Under the pieces are notes generated by a model. That model saw only the letters and a program-made list of their open reading frames with translations, did not search any database and had not been told where the DNA came from. A program made the position numbers and the translations under genes. Source: Octopus vulgaris (taxonomy: Eukaryota). From it: a stretch of 64,000 bases of DNA. Below, piece by piece: positions 39,251 to 52,913 of the stretch; the stretch's first letter is position 1; every line of letters starts with the position of its first letter. The stretch spans positions 176,080,001-176,144,000 of the forward strand of contig OX597815.1 of NCBI GenBank assembly GCA_951406725.2. Reading direction: 5' to 3'.

Positions 39251-40819
39251 TAATAATAATAATAATAATAATAATAATATATACAAAAATGTGTAAGTAC
39301 GTGTAGATAACTGTTAAAGAAAAGTCAACATTTATTTATACAAATGTTGGCAGACAAGTGTGAGAAACAATCAAAAAAGAAAAATGAATGTAAAAGTGAA
39401 ATTTAAAAATAAGATGAGAACAAAACCAGCATTGGATTGTGAAAATTACGGATTGTTTTAAAGCGTGCAAAAATCAGCATTCGATAACATTTGCTTATCC
39501 AATTTAAGCGAGCGGTTAAAGTTCACAGGCACAAGTCATTCGAATGTTGAGAAAAGAGCCAAGTCATTCAAAATGTTTATTGCTAGAGATTCGAGCAAAT
39601 GTGAACCTACTCCAGAGAAACAATTTACAGTCGTTGTTGTTGTGTGTGTGTGTGTGTTCTTACATATGTACATATGCGATTAAATCCCCCAGCCTGCATC
39701 TTAAGGAACTCTGTTGACAGCATTGGTAAACAATAACCTCTTCCTCTCCTGATGACGATTGTTTTCCGATGACAACTAGAAATAAAAATGCAGCACTCAG
39801 AAATTACAGATTCTCCAATAAAATTACACAGGGGAAACCCACGAGTGTCCACAGAACAGGAATGGGAGCAGGGAAAAGAATATATTGTAATAGAATCTAG
39901 TATTTAATGTAGCAATATGAATTAATATATCTAGGGAATTACTTAATTGTTAAAAGATTATTGTTTATTAGGATATAAGTAGGGGAAGGTATTATATACG
40001 AACTGAGCTAATTAAGGATAACTATTCAACTTATAAGAATTTTGGTCGTCGAATCAGATGCAGCATACAATACAGCATCGCTGATTGGATCAGAAGCGAG
40101 TAGTTGGCCAACGCCAGTCATGTGGCACCAGAATTCGTGAGAATTGTCCACTCGATGTTAACTGTTTGGCAAAGTCGATAACAGACTGCGCTGAATTAGA
40201 AATAGATAGCAGAGACGAGCCCAAGACAATGTTTTGGGGCCACTGAATTAGCATTGACATACCAATTTTATAAACACAACCTTTCATTTGTCATCCCTGA
40301 TATAAGGGTTTTATGGCTTTGTGGAGATTTGTATCCTGCAATTGTCAACTTAGTCGTCAAATTCAAAATTACTGGTTGTAGAAAAGGTACCACGTTACGG
40401 AAATGTCAGCTACAAATTAAAAAAAAAAAGGCATCGTGTGTGACCTTTATCTGAACGAAAAATTAAAACATTTTCTGAAAGGGAAGTAAGTTTGAAGAAA
40501 ATAACAAAAATGTTAGCACTTTGTGTGCATGGAACTAAGTACGACTGATGCATGCACCAGTGTCCTTGATTTATTATTTGGTTCGGCGAAAACAACAATG
40601 CGGTTACATAAGAGAAGGACAGTTCTATGAGTTACCTTTCTTGTATGACATTTTGAATCAGTGTATAATAAGTTTTTTTTGGGGTTTTTTAAATTACGTT
40701 TTTCTACAAGAGTCAGAAATGAAATAAAAACGTGAGTCTGAAACCAGTGTTTTGAAACGTATTGCTAGCATGGTTTCAAAATGTACATAAAGATAACAAT
40801 TTTCTCGGTAGCATTGATA

Positions 40820-41551
40820 TAATATTTCAGAGTATATTCAAACATCAAATATTTCAACAGAAAATAGGCTTGGCTTACCATTTGAAAGAGGGGGAACGTA
40901 AAACTCAGATCAGGTTAAAAAAATATGGGAAGCATTGAGAGGAGAGAAGACGTGGAGTAAACATGTTAACCACTGAGTTATAAACCGGAATCCGGTTTGG
41001 ATGGATTACCTTTCGGGAGTTTTAATTTTCTTTACAAAGTGATACATCATTTTCACCCGATGACCCTAATGCGACGTAACAATCTACAAATCGTAGATAT
41101 TGTCTCTCTCCCTCACTCTGCTTACTTAGTAAGTAATTATAATCCCATCTCTACACTAGACTTCCATTTATTAAAAATCTCTCGTTTGCTTAATACTTTT
41201 ATCTTAATGAATTTTAGGTTAATTATAATTAATTCAGGAAGGTTCATTACATCAAAATGAAATCAAGATAAACAGATTTCCGGCCGTAAATTAGTTGGCT
41301 GTGAGTACAACCAGAAATCACCAAATTGAACTTACTGAACTTTTCGGGTATCTTTCGTTCAGAGATAAAACATACGAAATAATAAAACATTCCTCCAGTT
41401 TTCGATTGGAGATAATTGTAACGGATAAAATATTTGTCAAGAGTGAAAGCCAAGCCAAGATCAACTTGGTGAAGTACACAGAAAACAGTCACACACATAC
41501 AAGAAAGCACATTCCACGTGCATACACTCCCATATACATGTGTGTGAGCTC

Positions 41552-41593
<42 letters not shown>

Positions 41594-41750
41594 CAGTATA
41601 ACACATCAAAGTGGCAGATGAATGTTACTACTAGTTTAACCCCAGGCGGATTCCCCGACAGCTGGTTTTCAGAGCAAGCTCTGCACCCTATGTATGTATG
41701 TATGCATGCATGCATGCATGCATACATGCATACATGCATACATACATACA

Positions 41751-41781
<31 letters not shown>

Positions 41782-42970
41782 GAGATAGGAGGAAAGGCTC
41801 ACAACAAGAACACAAACACATCACACGAACAATTATAATATTTCAGAGTATATTTAAACATCAAATATTTCAACAGAAAATAGGTTTGGCTTAGCATTAG
41901 AAAGAGAGAAAACGTAAAACTCAAATTAGGTAAAAGAAAAAAATATGGGATGTATTGAGGAGAGAAGCCGTGAAGTAAACATGTTAACCACTGAGTGATA
42001 AACCGGATTCCGGTTTGGATGGATTACCTTACTGCTCGACTTTCACATACATTTTACACTCATAGATACTAAATCCCGATCACTCGGCTGCGAATAACAA
42101 ACATGTGCTTCTCATAACAATGATATCATCGAACCAAATGCATCCATGTTCCTTTTCCGAAGTTAATGCCAAGACTCTCCTTTCAGGAGTCTTAATTTTC
42201 TCTACAAAATGAAACACTATCTTCACCTGATGAACCTATTTCTTTACTACCCACAAGGGGCTAAACACAGTGAGGACAAACAAGGACAAACAAACGGATT
42301 AAGTCGGTTATATCGACCCCAGTGCGTAACCGGTACGTATTTAATCGACCCCGAAAGGATGAAAGGCAAAGTCGACCTCGGCGGAATTTGAACTCAGAAC
42401 GTAACGGCAGACGAAATACCTATTTCTTTACTACTCACAAGGGGCTAAACACAGTGAGGACAAACAAGGACAGACAAACGGATTAAGTCGATTATATCGA
42501 CCCCGTTTCGATGAAAGGCAAAGTCGACCTCAGCGGAATTTGAACTCAGAACGAAACGGCAGACGAAATACGGCTACGCATTTCGCCCGGCGTGCTAACG
42601 TTTCTGCTAGCTCACCGCCTTTCACCCGATGAACCTGATGTGACATGTAACAATCTACAAATCGCAGATATTGACTCTCTCACTCGCTCGTTCTCTTTCT
42701 TCCTCTCTGTCTCCGATGTGTATTTAATATATTTTTATCTCCGAACAAAAGAGACTCAAAAAGTTCAAATAAGTCCAATCTGATGATTTCTGGTTGTACG
42801 CACAGCCCACTAATTTACGACCGGAAATTTGTTTATTATCTCGGTTTAATTTTGGTGTAATGACCCTAACTGAATTAATAATAATTAAGCTAAAACTCAT
42901 TAAGCTAAAATTATTAAGCAAACGAGAGATTTTTAATAAATAGAAGTCTAGTGTAGAGATGGTATTATAA
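40820..42970. repeat. Local duplication with partial inversion (two related, probably PLE-derived units)
   Basis: 40820-41010 repeats directly at 41835-42030. 41010-41115 repeats at 42180-42237 plus 42621-42690. 41125-41372 recurs inverted at 42730-42970. Confidence 0.85.
42238..42620 (-). mobile_element. SINE family B with internal tandem duplication and 16-bp TSD
   Basis: TSD ttcacc(t/c)gatgaacct at 42222-42237 and 42621-42636. The unit tatttctttactac...cagacgaaatac occurs twice. Confidence 0.88.
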
Positions 42971-43705
42971 TGACTTGCTCGACACAAACAATTTTCCTTT
43001 CTTCATCTGCCGAAGTATCTGAACCAAGAAATATACAGTTTCAGCGTTGGGGAGTTCCGTCTCTCCTTAGTTTTCGCTACCAATACTTGGTCCGGTTGAT
43101 AAGCATTGATTCAGTGAAAAGCAGACAAAGACGGACTGGGGAAATAGTGATAAATGGTTTGAGGTGGGACAGAAACAACATCAGAAATTAGATAAACGAA
43201 TAAGAATAATTTTGAAATGTTTGAAACCATAAAACAGTCTGGATAAACATTGATGCATATAAGAAATAACCGAGAAACAAATGTAGGGTTTTACGACTAG
43301 CCAAAACAAAACAAATTATATAAAAAAGAAGTAACTTAACATGGATGTCTTGTTAGAACACCGAATACCCTGTGTTATTAACCTTGAGAGATCATCTCAT
43401 ATTGGCGCTTGATGCATAAAAACACTTATAGATCGTAGCAGATGAGAATCGGTTGTTATGGCCGCCGGTTATATGCGACATAAGAGTCTAAAAAGAAGCT
43501 GATGTATATATGACGGCAGCTGATGATGACAAATTATATAATTTTAATTAATTCAAAACTGGGAAACACGACTTCAACATCTCGATGCGATTCAAAGAGG
43601 TCTTTAGTAACTCTCTGTCTCACCTAAATATACAGTGTGTTATTTATGGCATTTTTAAAATCACGGTATTTGTGTGAGTGCATTGTCTATACATACGTAC
43701 ATATA

Positions 43706-44047
43706 TTCTTTTACTTGTTTCAGTCATTCTGAATGCGCCCATGCCGGTGCAACACCTTTCGTCGAGCAAATCGACCCCAGGACTTATTCTTTGTAAGTCT
43801 AGTACTTATTCTATCGGTCCCACACAACAGCATCGGTTGTCAAGCGATGTTGGTAGGACAAATACAGACACACAAACATATACACACACACACATATATA
43901 AATGCATATACGACGGGCTTCTTTCAGTTTCCGTCTACCAAATCCACTCGCAAGGCTTTGGTCGGCCCAAGGTGCCACACAGTGGGTCGGAACCCGGAAC
44001 CACGTGGTTGGTAATCAAGTTACTTATCACACAGCCACTCCTGTGCC
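43706..44047 (-). mobile_element. SINE family A (internal deletions)
   Basis: Matches 16031-16422. Confidence 0.85.
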
Positions 44048-44399
44048 TATATACATACATATCAAAAAAAAAAAAAAACCATGCGTGGGTATGTTTCTTA
44101 TAGACTTCAAGAAGAGAGTAACATTGAGATGAAGCGCAACCTCTCTTGGACACGTGGCCGCTACATCACACTTTGAAGGCTACGCGTTTGCAATTCAACA
44201 ATAAGTGATTGCCACTAAATACCCAATAAGATACTTAGACACGTTTTTGCCAGATTTAGCTCAAGCCATGACTAATCACCTGATATATAATGATATTTCG
44301 TATTGCAGTCATTCTTCGAGTAACAGTCCATTCGAGTAAGGCGTTACAGTTTGCAGGGGTTTGTGGATATAGCTAGCATCCAGTGACTTCCTCCTGACA

Positions 44400-44760
44400 T
44401 TAGCTAAAGAGAATACAGTTGATGTAGGCACTCCTTCAGGGCCCTAACAGGGAAACTGTCGGGGTCGGCAGTTGAGTTGTGTATAATTTTGTTAATAGCC
44501 GCCAGGAATTCCGTGGCACCAAATAATGTATCGGATAAGCTGTGCTGGCGATTTGTTGTATGGATGCTAGCCAGATGAACCAAATTCTGAGAGTAGAGCA
44601 GTATTGCTTCTGTAGAATATCAGACGTATCTTCTGCACCACTATGCACTGCGTGGTCTTCATCAATCAGAGATCCGATAGATGTATTGTATAGTTTTGAA
44701 TATTGTATATTTAGAGCTGCACGTACGTGGTCCTTTTCCAATCTGCTTCCAGTATTGTGG
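44400..44760 (-). mobile_element. Probable LINE ORF2 linker fragment (CR1/L2 group)
   Basis: IGSLIDED...SDILQKQYCS and GPEGVP resemble the pre-RT region of CR1-like elements. Confidence 0.45.
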
Positions 44761-45637
44761 TTAAGTAACTAATATACTAAGTTATGTTAGTAGTTACGAT
44801 ATGCAGAGCAAATGTATGTATGCACGCGCGCGCTCGTATATAGGTACACACACACATATATATGTATGCGCACGCATACACGCATGCTTGTGCGTGCACG
44901 TGAGTATATATTGGTGCTTCTATTTCAATTGTTTCTATCTGCTTTATTCAACATTCCTAATGTTTTATTGACAACTCTACTGAAAAAACGAAAGATAGAA
45001 ATGACTCAATAATTTACTTTGCAGATCTTTTTTTTTTTTTTAGAAACTGATAAATAATTGTTAATCTCTTTCAAGTAGTATCTTATTTACATATCAGATC
45101 ATACTGCACACATATTAATAATGATAAATTATTGTAATCTATCGCTGTACGAGAATGATAAGCATTTCAATATTTAACATTCCACAATTACTAAGTTTGT
45201 TCAATGGGTGTTTAACGCAAATAACATCCATTATGCGATGCTGGGGTCTGCATTATCTGGGAAATTAGCGTTAGGATTAGCCGAGAAATACAAAATATTT
45301 CCCTGCGGTATTTTTTCACAGCCTTGTTATTGACTTTCTGACAATAGATTTGAGGAGCTCTTCGGTTGATTGCTGCAGATGTGAATGATCCCTCGTAGGA
45401 ACTATATAAATATTTAACTTTTATGTACATCAATATATTCATATATACACAGACATACACACACACGCATGGACATCTTAGAGGAGGTTAAGAAGTTTAG
45501 CTTGTAACAATAAGTCCCCCAGTTCAATCCGTGCGACTAAATTTGGGTAGGCGGATATTGGAGAAGGCCATCGGTAATGCAAGATCCAGCCTTTCCACAG
45601 TTATATCACATTTATCTATTTGCTTATCATTATTAAT

Positions 45638-45808
45638 TTCAAATTTTGACACAAGGCCTGCAATTCAGAGGGGAGTCGATTTCATCGACCCCGAGAGGAT
45701 GAAAGGCAAAGCCGACCTCGGTGGAATTTGAACTCAGAACATAATAACGAGCGAAATGCTGCAAAGCATTCTGCTCAGCGTGCAAACGATTTCCACAGAT
45801 CTCCGACG
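45638..45808 (-). mobile_element. SINE family B
   Basis: tcgaccccgagaggatgaaaggcaaagccgacctcggtggaatttgaactcagaac. Confidence 0.8.
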
Positions 45809-45872
45809 TATTCATTTATAATTGTTATTTCTGTTATTGTTAATGTCATGTGTACATACACATACGCAAGTG

Positions 45873-45914
<42 letters not shown>

Positions 45915-45929
45915 ATGTATATATATATA

Positions 45930-47152
45930 TGTGTCATTGTTCAGTTTTGTTCCAAGATTTCTCGCAAACAAAGAAAGAACCGGTTTCTAACCTAGCTCCA
46001 AGGTTCCTTCACTGCAATTTCAACATCAAGAACAGGGGATTTTTTGTTTGTTTGTATATATTTATGTACGTATGTAATTATGTATGAACGTACGTAGGCA
46101 TATATGTATGTATGAATGTATGTATTCTCATGCATATAGTTACATATCTAGACATGCTCATATATATTTAAATGATAAACCTCTGGAAGGTTTTACAGAT
46201 TTTTACAGTTCCAGTGATGGATTGGATCAGTAGTCTTCGAATTAGCTTTCTCCTTTCTGGTTTTGAGAAACCTAATTTCTCAAGATTGGTATTTAGGCGG
46301 TGTGTTACATATCCCAGGGTCCCAATAATTATAGGAATAAACCTGAACTTGTAATAAAGAAAGAGTAACTTCAGATGTCTCAAACGTTCAGCGTAGGTAT
46401 TTTCTTTTTCACTAATCTACAGCTTTATGTTAACATCTGCTGAGCAGCTAATTTCGAAAGTTTTTCTTCTCTATTCTGAATCAGTATATCAGATCTATTG
46501 TGCTTACATTTAATTGAGGCCTTCACTGGGACATTCCACCAGTACTCCTTTTTATTATGAGTGGCTATGGTTTCTACTATACTGTGGGTTCTTATTTCTT
46601 TGTTCTCGGGGCTATCCTTCCAACAAATTTCATTACAGAGCGTCCTAGCTACATGTCTCATCGGCAGATAATATCGTGATGACGTTTTCGAATAACTGCT
46701 TATGATGTGGATGATATCTTCAGTGTTAATTCCATAAAGTCTCCATCAGTTGTCACAGTTTACAGCTTTTTCTGCATCTCTATCACTTTTGTGCATTAGG
46801 TATTTGGTTGATATTTCCTGTTCCTGGATTGCAAACGCATACCCTTCAAAGTGGGAGATAGTAACCCGCCTATTGGTCCATGATAGACTACTTTGATGAT
46901 ACGTTGCGGCAAAATGGTGCAACTTCTTTGGGTATGTATTCTAGGTTATCAGACAAAGAATGTTGCTCAAGGAGCTGCCTTCCAAGTCTTATGATGTTAT
47001 CAGCCCTATGTATGCAAACTTGGTCAAGGGATGGACTTCGACACCTGATGGTTAAAAGATGTTGCCGAATGGATATGATACGACATTCACTGGCATTTTG
47101 GATCGATGTTAAGCCTCTGTCGCCTTGTTTTCGTTTTAGGTAGAACTGTCCA
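45930..47152 (-). mobile_element. 5'-truncated R4/Dong-type retrotransposon, copy 2 (with 3' UTR)
   Basis: FYLKRKQGDRGLTSI, FEGYAFAIQE, MRHVAR, WWNVPVKASIKCKHNRSDILI and IPIIIGTLG; same family as 9745-11370. Confidence 0.88.
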
Positions 47153-50100
47153 GTACGTATGTGTATATAGATATATGTAAGCGTGTATGTGTGTTTATGT
47201 TTATACTTGAAATAAACACGGGAGTTGCTTTTCCTCTGCACAAACTACAGGGGCTACATTTATCTCATGGAAAGACATTCCACATTACAAACTCAGTACA
47301 TATCTGCAATTAGAAGCACACATTTGGCAAACTTTATCCTAGTCTCTCATTTGAACCGTAAAAAATGACGGAATAGAATCACGTCTCTTTTACTTAGATG
47401 TGATCCAGTGTCTGACTGTTTTGTAATTGCGCGATTGATTGCGTATTTGAGGTTGTCGATATGTTCACATGCACCTCACGGCGACTAGACTGATTTGAGG
47501 TCCGCAATAATACTTAATCTAAGCTTACTGAACACTTGCGTAACCTGTTAGAGAAATGAGAGACAAATATATTTAGGAAACGATTGCGCAGTTTAGAATG
47601 AGATTTATATTTCATTTCATACTCTAAATATGTAACAAGATACAACGGAAAATAGAAAATTGATTTCTGAATCGACCGAAACGTTTTTGTATGGAATCTG
47701 AAATATTTTAACTTTGCATACTTTTCTTTACTTAACTGGTTTTAAGTTAGCTGAACTCTGATTAAATAATGAATCAAATACTTTGAAAATATTTTATTGG
47801 TTTTGGTGAAAACTATTTCCTTGGGTGTTTTCTAAAATAAATGTCAGATAAACACGCGCGCGCACTCACATTCCGCATAACAGTGAAAGCATTCGACGAA
47901 ATCGTTTGGTCTAAATCAGATATAAGCAGTGAAGTTTTCTGGGACACGGATTCTTAATTTTCATCACATGTAAATTAAAGAATGTAAGATTACTTATCTT
48001 TAGCAGAAACGTACCAATGTCTCTGCAGTTGGTAAACAGATTTTAATAGAATTCTCAGTGGAAGAAAACCAGTTTATTTGAGGTGATTTTCTAAGAAGAA
48101 TTGATAATTGTTTCCAAACGAAAATTGGAATATACATCTAGTGGACAGACAGAAAAGTAATTTCCACAGTAGACATGAAACGAAGGGCCATTTCCTGAGC
48201 ATTCTGATGTAAAATAATGAATCGTTGAAATAGAATTCTATTTTCCTTTTTACAATATCTTCTAAATTCAACTCGCTTACAAATACATTTGTTTTCTTTT
48301 TTTTTGCTTTCTCCGAAACAATACCCGATCGTAAGTTTAATCAGTGAAAAGCTGAATTCCTGTAAAATACAGTACATACATTTATGGCTTAACACAAAAA
48401 AAAATCTTGTTGGAATTAATGCTTCTCACACAAATAGAAATAATGTAGTTATCAAGATATAAACTGTTTTTATGAGTGTGCATAAAAACTTTAATGAGGG
48501 GATGTGCTTTTCGTCTGACAAGTGTGTGGTACAGCAAGTTGTTAAACAGTTCACTTCCTAGCTTTGACTTTATAGCTTGGCAACTTAAGTGAAAGGTTCT
48601 TACCATAAATTTCCAAGGGCCCAAACCTTATCAATAAAATTTAGTGAGGGAAAAACTGGGTCGATCCTTTTAGGTGGACTGTATCTTAACTAAAAGAACC
48701 AACACAGCCCATAATGGATATTGACAGTCCTGTTTGTGCACTATTTCTAAAATAATATACATTATAAAGGTTCCACAAGTACAACCTCAATGAACCACCG
48801 AGTCGACGAAATGAAATGCAGAAATGGAACTCCATTGTACGAGGGTTAGATTTTGTTGCCACTGCAAACATGAGCCATCGCAGTTCCTGTCAGAAGATGA
48901 AAGTTACTCCAACCACCCCAATATCTATTCAGCACTCTACAGAACTACTATAGCAGAATATTTCAAAACAGCCTTTCTCCCACACAGCGCAGTCAGTTAA
49001 AAAAAATTCTTACACACAAAAATAGCTACGACATCAAGTGACTCATTCTCCGTAAACACTGCTGGTGCGCACGCCCACATAAGTGCAAAAGAAGATCAAT
49101 TCTCAAACTCTGCCCTCCATGTTTTCTCCGCCATAGCCATCCGTCAATATCTATGAGCGAACAGAAACAACCTGGACAGTGGAGAGAATAGAAATATGTT
49201 TAAACTATCAACTGTTCCTGATACAATTCATCACTTCATTGTTGGAATGCACACCTTACTTAAATTAATGAATATTATATCTAACTTGAGCAATGGGTCT
49301 ACGGATTGCTCGAATTCATTCGGTCGACATATCTGCATGTCATACTTAGATCTTAGCTGGAAGTGAGCTGTAGTTATACAACAACGTTTAAAGTTGGTTT
49401 CGCTTAATTTCTGGTTCTCATATGCTGATGATCAACATTAATTTCGAATTTAAGTTTATTTTTCATGTAGTGGTCAGCCATTATTGTAATGACGTGTGTT
49501 TGCACTACGGTATAGACAAAAAGATACCCCAGCCGGTACAATTACTTAAATGAACCTTCCAACTATTTTTCATAAAAGTAAGTTATAAAACCCCAAAACG
49601 TGTTAAGTGTGAACGTAATTAGCAGAAAGGAATATCAACTTTATTTGAAGATAACAAATAGAAAGCATATTATTTTCATAGACGTGGTAAAAGAATGTAG
49701 GGTAATGGTTCAGAGAAAATGTAGTTATTACGAAAGCCTGCTTCATAAGCGATTATCGGACCAAGTGAACGCCAACAGAGATAAACAGACGAGAGTTTGT
49801 AGGTGATTCCCTTGATACGGGAGCGACAGACGACAGACAAAACCTCTAGATGTTGTCAGCTAGAAGCAAATTTTAGTGATGGTATCGACAGAATACCATC
49901 TGAATACGTGCCGAAGCTTGATGAACCCTGGGCGAGAATGTATGTTGCAAGAACGGACATTCAGGATACAACTAGAGAATGTTAAAAAATTCCGTCTGCA
50001 AATATATGTGGAACTGATATTTATCGTAAATCAGCAGGGATTTTTTAGCAGACCAATTACTTGTTAGTAAAATGCACACAATATCTTTCAAGACATTTGA

Positions 50101-51387
50101 AGTAACAAGATTAATGATACGCACACTATACCTTTGTCAGCCTCCCAATAAAATTAAGTCAGTATCTATTGGTTAGTCATTCCCAAGGTTAGTGATTTCC
50201 AGCTCGGAGTTCAAATAACTCAGAGGAAAGGAAAAGTATCAGTGTGATATAGTGTAAGAAGCATTGAGAGAGAGAGGGAGAGAGAGAGAGGAGAAAAGAG
50301 ATTAAGTCTTGGTTATCTAATCTACACCATTATATAGTAGCTGAACGTTTTAATGCTTAACAATATGCGTCAATCGAAACTCATAGTCTATATTTAATAG
50401 CATTTTACTAGTTGTTCTTCATATATATTACATCAATAGTCTTGAGTAAGCTTACTGCATTTTTGTACTTGATGGTGGTGGTGGTGGTGGTAGCGGAGGC
50501 TAGAGATATTTGAATCGTTACTGCTCCCAGAATAGTGGAGCAATTCTTTCTCTTTTTTAAAGGCTGAAGCTAAATGTTGGCATCTCATTGGCAACGGTCC
50601 TACACCTGCTTTAGCAGACAATGCTAACTTAAGAACAAAAGCCAGTTGTTTATTTATTTTATAACTTTATGAAAAGAAGAGTTATTGTGTAAAAAACAAT
50701 ATGGCGTCGCAAACATCTTTCTACTTGTTTACACTTTGTTGCACTGATTCAACTGTCATTTTTCTAACTTTTTGTCTCTCTTCACTTGCACATCATCGCC
50801 AACTTCTTCTTCTTCTACTACAACTACTACTACTATTTTCCTTCGTTTCTTGCGCTATTTTCCCCCAATAAGCCTTGTCAATTATTTTTTCTCTTCTTTA
50901 TTCTCATCTCTTCAATTTTTACACACAGTCCCTCCTCCCACTCTCTTCATTTTGTTACTTCACGGTAGCTCTTTTCAGAGTATGAATTTGAACTTTCGTA
51001 ACTTAATAAATACATAAAAATAAGTATCTAAATTATAATCAACAAATATAGTAATTAAAACTCTATATTTTTTTCTATCAATAAACACATAAACATATAC
51101 CAATAAATAAATTATTCCATTATTACTTACAAAAATATAGATATCTTTAGAAAATATTTATGAAATACAAATAAAGAATTGAAAAATTCCTGATTAAAAA
51201 CGTATAACCAATCTTTATAAAATACTTATTAATTACTATTATTATTAAATCTAATAGTACGAGAAATATATAATGACTAGAAATATAATAAGAAACTTAT
51301 TGTTAAATTTAAAACATTCTTACGATCTAGATCACAAAGTGACTAACTAATATCTTAAAATTTACGTTCAGATATAATAATTATAAA

Positions 51388-51532
51388 CAAGTAGCTTGCT
51401 TACGAAAAACATAGTTCAGGGGTTCAGTCCCAATGCGTGGCATCTTGGATAAGTGTCTTCTACCATAGCCTCGGGCCGACCAAAGCCTTGTGAGTGGATT
51501 TGGTAGACGGAAACTGAAAGAAGCCCGTCGCA

Positions 51533-51594
<62 letters not shown>

Positions 51595-51812
51595 TATATA
51601 CATGTGTGTGTTTGTGTGTCTGTGTTTGTCCCCCCAACATCGCTTGACAACCGATGCTGGTGTATTTACGTCCCCGTAACTTAGCAGTTCAACAAAAGAG
51701 ACCGATAGAATAAGTACTAGGCTTATAAAGAATAAGTCCTGGGGTCGATTTGCTCGACTAAAGGTGGTGCTCCATTATGGCCACAGTCAAATGACTGAAA
51801 CAAGTAAAAGAG
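51388..51812 (+). mobile_element. SINE family A (head slightly truncated)
   Basis: Close match to the other copies, including tail gactgaaacaagtaaaag. Confidence 0.88.
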
Positions 51813-51903
51813 TAATAATAATTAAGTAAATGCACATATCTAAATTATCATTAGCAAATCAAAATTATAAATTCATATTTAACAATCAATAATTATATAT
51901 ATA

Positions 51904-52282
51904 CTAGTTTATCGCGCGGTGTTGCTCGGGTTTGTTTCGACACTTTAGAATTGGAATTTTTGAAAAGTAAAAAGTTTGCATTATGTAGCTTGTAGCTCTT
52001 TAAGTGAACATTTTTCTAGTTGAAATACACCGAAAAATGGCGCGAGAGCAGTAAAAAAATCGTAAAAAATAGGGATTTTCATAAACAAAAGCACCCTTTT
52101 GATGTAAATAATTTTTGGTGCTAACGTGGTCCGATTTGAATTTTTTCTTCTACGGAAGGAAGAGCAAGCCTCCTATCATACTCTCAATTTTGATCAACTC
52201 GCGCCGCAGGGTCTCGGAGGAGATAGTGTATGGCTACTAAACCTGCGATACACAGACAACTTGAGCTTTATATATATACAGA
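51904..52282 (-). mobile_element. Non-autonomous Helitron
   Basis: Minus strand begins A|TC (tctgtatatatataaag) and ends with GC-rich cccgagcaacaccgcgcg then CTAG|T. No TSD seen. Confidence 0.7.
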
Positions 52283-52488
52283 TAATAATATTTCTTAAAT
52301 AAAAAAGTTTCCTTATCTCTCAAAAGGCGTATCATTAACTAAAAAATTTCAAAACGAAAAACGTCTTATTAAACGTTTATATAAAACTCGTGAAATTACG
52401 TTAGTGCTTTTATCTCTAATTTATATATATATACTTTAATAAGTATGTTTATATATATATATATATATATATATACTTTAATATGTAC

Positions 52489-52525
<37 letters not shown>

Positions 52526-52573
52526 AATAAGACGAATGGTGAAGCACGGTCACTTTCATAGCTGTGCCTATTT

Positions 52574-52652
52574 ATCACCCGATGAGGTACATCAGTTGTG
52601 TGTCCCACCGGTGAAGGGTCGGTGCTAGACGTGTCGAAATAAATGTTGTGAT
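52574..52652 (+). ncRNA. Type I hammerhead-like motif with long stem II
   Basis: ATCAC-CCGATGA-GGTAC...GTGTC-GAAA-taaatg-TT-GTGAT, inside a short unit flanked by (TA)n. Confidence 0.5.
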
Positions 52653-52713
52653 TAATAATAGATTCTCGTATATTCCATCTTCAGTCTTTCATTATGAATG
52701 TGTGTACGTGTAC

Positions 52714-52748
<35 letters not shown>

Positions 52749-52874
52749 TATCTATGTATGTGAATTAAAGTACCAAATAAGTTTGTAACATATAAATAAA
52801 TTTACTTGTGTATGTGCAATATATATACATTAAGCCTCCTTCAAATAAAGATCCTATTATGCAGACCGAACAAA

Positions 52875-52913
52875 CTCGATTAATTTCGACGATCATTAAC
52901 GGTTCATCAAGAA
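52875..52913 (-). ncRNA. Decayed minimal hammerhead-like motif
   Basis: TTC-TTGATGA-accgttaatgatcgtc-GAAA-TTAA-TC-GAG, with palindromic ATTAAT stem III. Confidence 0.4.
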
